A stretch of DNA of 52,504 nucleotides, from contig JBDKTD010000088.1 of assembly GCA_039680365.1 (NCBI GenBank), positions 1 to 52,504 of the forward strand, in the 5' to 3' direction. Position numbers and translations under genes: made by a program. The stretch comes from Clostridiaceae bacterium. Its GTDB lineage: Bacteria; Bacillota; Clostridia; Christensenellales; CAG-138. The notes beneath the pieces were generated by a model. The model was not told the DNA's origin, did no database searches, and saw only the letters and a program-made list of their open reading frames with translations. Of the stretch, positions 44,197 through 51,455 are shown piece after piece (position 1 is the stretch's first letter; each line of letters opens with the position of its first letter).

Positions 44197-45270
44197 TCAG
44201 GCCGGCTGCTGGCCAAAGCTGTCCGCAATCGCCATGACTTCCGCTTCAATTTCGAAGAACGCGTCCAGTAGTTCCGGGTCAAAATGCCTGCCGCGCTGTG
44301 CCGTCATCGTCTCTTTCGCCTCTTCGTACGAAAACGCGGGCTTGTAGACGCGCTTGTTGACCAGCGCGTCGTACACGTCGATAATCGCCATCAGGCGACC
44401 GGAAAGCGGAATTTCTTTCCCTTTCAGCCCGACAGGATAGCCGGAACCGTTAAACTTTTCGTGGTGCGTGCCCGCAATCTCCGCGGCGGTTCGAATAAAC
44501 GGCAGACTGTCGCTCTCCGGCCCCATGCAGCGGAGCGCTTCCGCGCCGTAGGTCGTGTGCTTTTTCATGATTTCAAACTCTTCCGGCGTCAGTTTGCCGG
44601 GCTTGAGCAGAATATGGTCCGGAATACCCACCTTGCCGATATCGTGCAGGGGCGTCGTATCAAATAGCTCCGTGCTGTAGCTGTCTGTGAGCAAAACGTC
44701 GTACGGCGGCTTGGCGCGCAGGTGGCCGCAGAGCGCGCGCATCATCAGCTGGGTGCGTTTGGTATGGTTGCTGGACTCGATGTTTCTTACTTCCAGCAGG
44801 CTGACCAGCGCGTGGATGGTAACGTCCCGCGTTAAAACGCTCTCCCGTGTCCGCTCGGCGACGCGCTGCTCCAAAATCACGTTCTGCTGCGCCAGCTCGT
44901 CCCGCGCGTTCTTGAGCTTGATCTGCAGTTCGACCCTTTTTCGCAGGGAGCGGATGTTGAGGGGCTTGCGGATGTAATCCACCGCCCCCAAATCGAGGCC
45001 GCGCATTTCGTTGTCTATCTCGTCGAAGTTCGTGAGCACCAGCACGGCAATGTTCTTGTGCTCCGGATGGTTTTTAAGATACTCCAGCACTTCAAAGCCG
45101 TTCATGCGCGGCATGTTGATATCGAGAATCAGGATGTCGATGTTCGGATTCTGCTCAATCCGCTCCAGTGCTTCCACGCCGTCGTTTGCGAGCAGCAGTT
45201 CAAAATCGGAAAGGATGCTGCTGATAATGGCGGCATCTGTTTTGGAATCGTCGGCAATCAGAATCTTCAT
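44197..45270 (-). CDS. Response regulator with HD-GYP output domain (RpfG-like c-di-GMP phosphodiesterase)
   Basis: 357 aa. REC MKILIADDS...ILILDINMPRMNG...IRKP. HD-GYP motifs PLHDIGKVGIPD and THHEKFNGSGYPVGL. It lies 16 nt upstream of the kinase gene. Confidence 0.9.
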   Translation of the reverse strand: MKILIADDSKTDAAIISSILSDFELLLANDGVEALERIEQNPNIDILILDINMPRMNGFEVLEYLKNHPEHKNIAVLVLTNFDEIDNEMRGLDLGAVDYIRKPLNIRSLRKRVELQIKLKNARDELAQQNVILEQRVAERTRESVLTRDVTIHALVSLLEVRNIESSNHTKRTQLMMRALCGHLRAKPPYDVLLTDSYSTELFDTTPLHDIGKVGIPDHILLKPGKLTPEEFEIMKKHTTYGAEALRCMGPESDSLPFIRTAAEIAGTHHEKFNGSGYPVGLKGKEIPLSGRLMAIIDVYDALVNKRVYKPAFSYEEAKETMTAQRGRHFDPELLDAFFEIEAEVMAIADSFGQQPA

Positions 45271-45347
45271 AGGAAGGCTCCTTTATCCTTGAATCTGTTT
45301 TACAATTTCACCGTTCAGTGATCCGCGTCGTTTCCGCCGTCCGGTCG

Positions 45348-46664
45348 TCAGGGTTCGGAGAGGATGCGGTTCCCTTCCGTTTCGATCCAGTTTAAAAACG
45401 CTTCAATCGTGGTTTCGCCGGTCATCACGCGGTGCAGACCCGCTTCGTAGAAATCATCCTTCACCTTCTGCCACTTGGGAACGGGCACGTCCACGCTGGG
45501 ATGCTCGAATCCCTCGATAAAGAGCTGGTAGTCGGGGTTCAGGCGCATGACCGACGTATCGGCCATGTCGAGGCGAATCGGCGTGCGAAACGGATAGTAC
45601 TGGTCGTGTTCCGGGCTGTATTCGCCGTTCAAAATCGCCTGCTGCGCGTCCAGCGAGATCATGTAGCGAATAAACGAAATCGCCTGCTCTTGTCCCTCCC
45701 CGCTGACGCCCGCGGAGAGCGAAAGCATCATTGGCCCCACCTCCGCGTTCAAGCCGATGCGGTCGAGCGGAATAACGCCAACCTCGAACGGTTCGCCGTT
45801 TTTTTGCACATCCGTGACTCCCCAGATTCCCTGTATCTCAAAGGCAATCTCCTGATTGAGGAAGCACTTCATAACCTCTACGCCCGTATCCTCCGTCCAG
45901 GACGGCTGCGCGTGCGCGCCGAGAATATCCTTATAAAACGCCAGCGCGGCTGCGGACGCCGGGCTGTTGAGTAAAACGGCTGTTCCGTTTTCGTCGACCA
46001 GGCTCCCGCCAAAGCCATAGATAAACTGGTTGACCATCCAGGAAACGTCGTTGCTCTCCGCGCCAACAAGCCCGATTCCCTGCGCATCCGTGTGCTGTTC
46101 CACCTGTTCCATCGCCTGTACCAGCGCGTCCAGACTCGTAATCGATCCCGCGTCAACACCGCTTGCTTCCAGCAACGTCTTGTTGTAGAGCAGGCACATG
46201 GAGTGCCCCAGCCAGGGGATGCCGTAAACCTTGCCGTCCGCCGTTCCTAATTTCCAGAGTTTTTCATAAAACAGGCTCTTTTCTTCCGTAAAAGAGTCGG
46301 TCAGATCCATGAGTTCGCCGCGATCGCCAAAGTACTGGACGTAGCGATACGGCAAAACGAAGACCGTTTCCGGACTGGACGTCAGCATTTTCTGAATGGC
46401 CAGCTCGTCTTCGTCCCCGCCAAGCATTCGAATGAAGGCGTCGCCGGACAACGCGGCGTTGTAGCCGTCAACGATTTTCTGAATTGCCTGTCCCCGGCCG
46501 GAGTAGTCCGTCCAGGTGATCCGAAACGAAAGTTGACTGTTTTCTTTCTGCGTAACGGCAGAAACGCTTTCTTCCACGGCGGGTTTTTTGCATGCCAACA
46601 GAACGACGGCGGAGAACGTCAATACCAATACGAACAATAAGCGCTTTATAGCAACCTGTCGCAT
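45348..46664 (-). CDS. Orphan CUT1-type extracellular sugar-binding lipoprotein (no cognate permeases), first gene of the sensor operon
   Basis: The ORF track starts at 46763. ATG 46664 gives MRQVAIKRLLFVLVLTFSAVVLLAC (lipobox LLAC). The RBS is weak. A 77-nt gap with no terminator separates it from the response-regulator gene. Confidence 0.8.
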   Translation of the reverse strand: MRQVAIKRLLFVLVLTFSAVVLLACKKPAVEESVSAVTQKENSQLSFRITWTDYSGRGQAIQKIVDGYNAALSGDAFIRMLGGDEDELAIQKMLTSSPETVFVLPYRYVQYFGDRGELMDLTDSFTEEKSLFYEKLWKLGTADGKVYGIPWLGHSMCLLYNKTLLEASGVDAGSITSLDALVQAMEQVEQHTDAQGIGLVGAESNDVSWMVNQFIYGFGGSLVDENGTAVLLNSPASAAALAFYKDILGAHAQPSWTEDTGVEVMKCFLNQEIAFEIQGIWGVTDVQKNGEPFEVGVIPLDRIGLNAEVGPMMLSLSAGVSGEGQEQAISFIRYMISLDAQQAILNGEYSPEHDQYYPFRTPIRLDMADTSVMRLNPDYQLFIEGFEHPSVDVPVPKWQKVKDDFYEAGLHRVMTGETTIEAFLNWIETEGNRILSEP

Positions 46665-46777
46665 ATTCAAATCTCTATTGGTCTTGTTGGTTCGGCTTTG
46701 TCTGCAAACAGCAAAGAATAGTAAAAATGTCGATTCGATTAGTTGAACTTGATACAACATCATAGTACATCAAACAT

Positions 46778-46848
46778 CCGCTTGAATCAACAGTTTCTCA
46801 ACAGCCAAAGCGCAGTTGTTAAATACGAACAGAACCGGATTCAAGCGG
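46778..46848. promoter_or_regulatory. Perfect 11-bp inverted repeat pair flanking 49 bp in the divergent promoter region
   Basis: CCGCTTGAATC (46778-46788) and GATTCAAGCGG (46838-46848). The right arm ends 3 nt before the candidate -35 of the GH16 gene. Confidence 0.35.
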
Positions 46849-46851
46849 CAA

Positions 46852-46881
46852 TTGACGCGCAGGCAAAAAAGAGCATACAAT
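46852..46881 (+). promoter_or_regulatory. Candidate promoter for the GH16 gene
   Basis: TTGACG (46852-46857), 18 nt spacer, TACAAT (46876-46881). Confidence 0.45.
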
Positions 46882-46968
46882 CAAGTATACCAACCGTACA
46901 GAAATCCCTTTGCGGCACGCGCCGTAAAAGTCCAGACCCGATCAACCGACGAAACGGAGCGATGAACC

Positions 46969-47904
46969 ATGCGCCTGCGCCGCCTAGCCTGTGCCGTTCT
47001 CTCGCTCTGCCTGCTCGCCGCAGGGTGCGCAAAAACGCACGAACTGCCCGAGGACGCAAACGGAGCGCAGCCGAATGCTTCGGCTGCCGCGCTCTCGCCG
47101 TCGCCTTCCCCAACGGCTTCCCCCGCGCCAACGCCTTCTCCTTCCCCCACGCCGTATATCGGCCCGCCGGAAGGGTACACCCTGCAGTTTTCGGACGAAT
47201 TTGAGGCGGAACAGATCGACGAAACGGTTTGGAGCTTCGAAACCGGCCCCTGGCCGTATAACAAGGAACTCGAGTGCTACGCGCGCGAAAACGCCTGGCT
47301 GGAAAATGGCGCGCTCGTCATCGAAGCGCGCGCGGAATCGCTGCAGAATCGCAGCTATACCTCCGCGCGGCTCAAGACGCAGGACAAAGCAGACTTTACC
47401 TATGGATATCTGGAAGTCCGCGCGGCTCTGCCGACGGCACGGGGCACCTGGTCGGCCATCTGGCTGCTGCCCAGCGACGTTCGTTACGGCGGCTATCTGC
47501 ATTCGGGCGAAATCGACATTGCAGAGCGCGTTGGCTACGACGCAAAACTTGTGCATTCCACCTTCCATACCTTTGCCAACAACTCCGTCAAGGACAACGC
47601 CATCACCGCCTCCACCCGCATCACCCGCAAGGACGACGGGTACCATGTTTATTCCCTGCTCTGGCTGCCCGACCGCATCATCGTCCGTTTTGACGGCGTA
47701 CCCGCGCTGGAATACAGGCGGCCGGCAAACGCAACGTATGAAACCTGGCCGTTCGACGTTCCGTTTCATCTGATTCTCAACCTTGCAGTCGGCGGCACGT
47801 GGGGCGGAATTAAGGGCGTGGATCAAGAAGCGTTCCCGCAGCGCATGCTGGTCGATTACGTCCGCTACTACGCGCCCGTTTCGGTACACCCCGGCAAAGA
47901 ATAA
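46969..47904 (+). CDS. GH16 beta-glucanase (laminarinase/lichenase-like) lipoprotein
   Basis: 311 aa. Lipobox LLAAGC, a Pro/Ser/Thr linker, and the catalytic motif SGEIDIAE (E-x-D-x-x-E). Also WSAIWLLP and LNLAVGG. Confidence 0.9.
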   Translation: MRLRRLACAVLSLCLLAAGCAKTHELPEDANGAQPNASAAALSPSPSPTASPAPTPSPSPTPYIGPPEGYTLQFSDEFEAEQIDETVWSFETGPWPYNKELECYARENAWLENGALVIEARAESLQNRSYTSARLKTQDKADFTYGYLEVRAALPTARGTWSAIWLLPSDVRYGGYLHSGEIDIAERVGYDAKLVHSTFHTFANNSVKDNAITASTRITRKDDGYHVYSLLWLPDRIIVRFDGVPALEYRRPANATYETWPFDVPFHLILNLAVGGTWGGIKGVDQEAFPQRMLVDYVRYYAPVSVHPGKE

Positions 47905-47977
47905 TCCAATTCAGCCGTTCGTTCTCCCGTTAAGATGGCTCTGCACCCTGCGCCGCGCGGCGGCGGAAAAGCCTCGA

Positions 47978-48006
47978 TTGACCGCGATTGCGCGCTGATT
48001 TATACT
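47978..48006 (+). promoter_or_regulatory. Candidate promoter for the glycosidase-like / HEAT / GT2 operon
   Basis: TTGACC (47978-47983), 17 nt spacer, TATACT (48001-48006). Confidence 0.5.
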
Positions 48007-48082
48007 GGTTCTGATCTGGTAACTTTCTCTCACTGAACAATGGAATACCACCCCGTTTTACTCCATAAAAAAGGCGGTATGT

Positions 48083-50272
48083 ATGGACGCAAACACCCGC
48101 AACAGAGTTCTGCGACGGCTGTCCTTTCTCGTCCTGTTGGGCGGGCTTGTCTTCTTCTGCGCCTGCGCGCCGCGCACCAAACCGGCTGAAAGCACCGCCG
48201 TCGTTACTGAAGCGCCCGCTCCAACGCCAACGTCGGAACCAACGCCCTTGCCCGCCCCCGCGTATCAGGGTCCGGTCTCCCGCGTGGAAGGCAAGCAGTT
48301 CCTCGTTCGAAACGAGAGCGGCAGTTTCGAGCCGTTCTTTGTCAAGGGCGTGGATATCGGCGCGGCAAAGCCGGGGTTCTGGCCGGGCGAGTTCGGAATC
48401 ACGCAGGAGGAGTATTCCCGCTGGTTCCAGCTCATCGGCGAACTGAGCGCCAACACCATCCGCGTCTACGTGCCGCAGATGCCCGCGTTTTACGACGCGC
48501 TGCTTGCCTATAACCTCACTTCCGAGCATCCGCTGTACCTGCTGCAAGGCGTCTATATGAACGAGGAATTGATCGGCAAGTATCTGGACGCCTACTGCAA
48601 CAACGGCGAACTGATCGACAGCTTTACCCGCGATTTAAAGAACACCATCGACATCGTGCACGGCAACGCCGTGGTGGAAAAGCTGCCCGGCAACGCGGGC
48701 GGAACCTACACGAGCGACGTTTCGAGCTATGTGATCGGCTACCTGCCCGGCATAGAGTTCAGCGCGGACTTCGTGCTTGGCACAAACGAAAAGAACCCCG
48801 AAAAGACGATCTTTTCCGTCGCCTAAGTCTATACGGAAAACGCTTCCCCCTTCGAGGTGTTTCTCGCCGAATCGCAGGAAACCATGATCGCCTACGAAAT
48901 GGAGCGCTATTCCGTTCAGCGGCCGGTTGCCTTTACCAACTGGATTACGACCGACCCGTTGGCGCACCCCGGCGAACCGAATCCCGGCATGGAGGACGCG
49001 GTCGGCATAGACGCCGAGCACATCAAAGCGACCAGCGCGTATACGGCGGGGTTCTTTGCTTCCTACCATGTCTATTCCTACTACCCCGATTTGATGAGCT
49101 ATGACCCGGCGTATGTTTCCGGCGAGAACCCGAATCCCTATCGCGCGTACTTAACGGAACTGAACGCCTACCACACCATGCCGGTGCTGGTGGCGGAGTT
49201 CGGCATTCCCACCTCGCGCGGAAAGACGCATGTTAACGCCGTGACCGGTTTTGACCAGGGCAATGTGGAAGAGACGGCGCAGGGCGAAATGCTGGTTTCC
49301 ATGATGGCGGATATCCACGACGTCGGCTGCATGGGCGGGCTGATTTTCTCCTGGCAGGACGAATGGTTCAAACGCACCTGGAATACCACCGATCAGGAGG
49401 AAGCCGAGCGCAGGCCGTACTGGTTCAGCGTGGAAAGCCCCGAAAAGACCTTCGGGCTGCTCGCCTTCGACCCCGGCGAAACAACCGCCGTGCTGATCGA
49501 CGGCAAGGCGGACGAGTGGACAAGCGAAAACGTCGTTTCTGAATCAAACGGGCTGAAACTCAGCGTCAAGAGCGACGAAGCGTATCTGTATTTCCTCGTA
49601 GAACTCGGCGGTCACACATTCGGGCAGGAACCCATCTATATTGCCGCGGATACGATTGCAGACCAGGGCAACGATCATAATAGCGGGCTGTCGTTTGCTT
49701 CCGGCGCGGATTTTTTAATCGTACTAAACGGAACGGATCAAAGCGTGATGCTTACCGACGTTTATTACGACGTATTTCAGTATCAATACTCCGTTCAGAA
49801 CAAAATGGTTGATGTTATAGAGCATCAAACAGAGAAGAATTCAGGCGTTATTACCGAGATATTCGCCGCAATGAGCCGAGGCATTGTGCTTCCGGAAACA
49901 GGCGAGTCCATCCCATTTTCCAAATTCGACGCGGGCAAGCTCACCTACGGCATAGCCGACCCGAACAGTGAAGCGTACAACTCCCTTGCGGACTTCTATG
50001 CGGGAAACGGCGTCGTCGAGCTGCACATTCCATGGCTCCTGTTCAACGTGCGCGATCCGGGCACCAAGAACATCATTGCGGACTGGAACGTCACGGGCGC
50101 GGTCACCGGTGAGACAATCGAATCGTTCGCATTTGCCGTTTGCTCGGCTGAAAGCGCCGAAACAGTGCCGTTCGGCGGCTATTCCTGGGAAAGCTGGGAT
50201 TTGCCGACCTATCACGAGCGGTTGAAAAAGAGTTATACTATAGTACAGGAATACTTTTCAGCTCTGCCGTAA
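48083..50272 (+). pseudogene. Clan GH-A-like (beta/alpha)8 glycosidase/transglycosylase-like lipoprotein interrupted by a single in-frame TAA (48824-48826)
   Basis: ORFs 48083-48826 and 48857-50272 are in the same frame, separated only by one TAA (...KTIFSVA*VYTENASPFEVFLAESQ...). The second ORF would need a GTG start with no spaced RBS and has no signal peptide. Motif order across the break: FFVKGVDIG, NTIRVY, GYLPGIEF, PVLVAEFG, GGLIFSWQDEW. It may instead be a sequencing error or a read-through site. Confidence 0.65.
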
Positions 50273-50342
50273 CGCCCCCACCCCGCATGGTTCAAACCCC
50301 GATGCCGATACCGGCCCACAATAGGAAAGGAGCACACGAAGC

Positions 50343-51455
50343 ATGATTCTTGTACAGGCGGTCGTAAACTGGCTCATCATTATCATGGCGACGGTGCTCG
50401 CGTTATTTACGCTGCTGCTGTTAACGCTGCACCTCACCAACTCCATCAAGAGCAAGCGGATTCAAGCCATGCGTGAGCAGCTCATCTGTCTTCTTTCGGG
50501 TGAAGCCGCGGCCAATCGGCTTAAAACCAAGCTGTACGAAGTGATCCGTCAGGAGGAAGGTTGCATCGTTCAGTCGATTTCGCAGATTCGCGGCATCCGC
50601 TCCCTGCGCGGGCTGCTCGTCGTCTCCGAAATTGCAGACGAACTGAGCGGCGCCGATCTGGCGGTGCTCTGCCGCGAAATCGGTGGGGAATGGTACTCCA
50701 AGTATCTCAAGCAGCAGTTCGAGGACGGCAGCGTGGATTCGGTCATCCTCGTGGTCAAGCTCGTAGGCACCTTGGGGCTCAAGCAGTATATTCCCGATGT
50801 GGTGCAGCAAATCTATTGCCACCGCGTCAACCCGCATATGCAGCATATCGGCCTGCTGTCGCTCTGCCTGCTCGGTTCGGAAGCATCTCTCGTCTCCATC
50901 TGCCGCGACCCGACCATTGCGTCTCTGCTGTCGTTTCGAACGCTGGAAGAGCTCTTTACCGTCTACAAAGGCGACCGCGAAACGCTCTGTAAGCGCCTTA
51001 TCGCCACCGCGGCGGACCAGTATATCCGCCGAACCTGCGTAAAGGCCATCGGCGAGTACCAATACACCTCGCTTGCCGATCAGGTGCTGCCGCTTCTGGA
51101 CAGCCCGCAGCTCAACATGCAAATCGACGCGGTAAGGTCTCTCGGACAGCTTGCCTGCGCCCCCGCTTATTCGAAGATTGCCGCCATGGCAAAGAACGAG
51201 CGTTGGGAACTGCGCGCGGTCGTTGCCAGCGCGCTCGTCAGCTTCGGCGTGGACGAAAATCAGAAAACGCTGATCGACTTGCTCTGCGATCGCGAGTGGT
51301 GGGTTCGCTTTCGCGCGGCGGAATCGCTGATTCAAAGCAAGCATATCAAGGCGATTCAAAATGAAGTCAAACAGCGCGGCGACCGCTACGCGGAGGAAAT
51401 GCTCCAGTTCGCGCTGGATAAACAAGCGCTTCGCAGCCGGAAGGGGGTGGCTTGA
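50343..51455 (+). CDS. Membrane-anchored HEAT-repeat protein
   Basis: 370 aa with RBS AAGGAG. One N-terminal TM segment (LIIIMATVLALFTLLLLTL). Helical repeats follow, with HEAT-like elements (IRRTCVKAIGEY, MQIDAVRSLGQL, RWELRAVVASAL, EWWVRFRAAESL). The stop overlaps the next start as TGATG. Confidence 0.8.
   Translation: MILVQAVVNWLIIIMATVLALFTLLLLTLHLTNSIKSKRIQAMREQLICLLSGEAAANRLKTKLYEVIRQEEGCIVQSISQIRGIRSLRGLLVVSEIADELSGADLAVLCREIGGEWYSKYLKQQFEDGSVDSVILVVKLVGTLGLKQYIPDVVQQIYCHRVNPHMQHIGLLSLCLLGSEASLVSICRDPTIASLLSFRTLEELFTVYKGDRETLCKRLIATAADQYIRRTCVKAIGEYQYTSLADQVLPLLDSPQLNMQIDAVRSLGQLACAPAYSKIAAMAKNERWELRAVVASALVSFGVDENQKTLIDLLCDREWWVRFRAAESLIQSKHIKAIQNEVKQRGDRYAEEMLQFALDKQALRSRKGVA

Noticed and set aside
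48857-50272. Treating the 471-aa ORF as an independent gene
   Set aside because: Its only possible start is a GTG embedded in GAGGTG, with no RBS spacing, and it has no export signal. It continues the upstream ORF in the same frame across a single TAA. It is reported instead as one interrupted gene.
13538-51425. Long ORFs antisense to annotated genes: 13538-14644, 19407-20492, 23393-24514, 27812-29170, 29338-30786, 36438-37961, 41382-43667, 46984-47889 and 50421-51425
   Set aside because: Each is R/G/A/V-rich with no recognisable motifs, signal peptides or RBS. The opposite strand in each case encodes a protein with clear family signatures. This is a typical artefact of high GC content.
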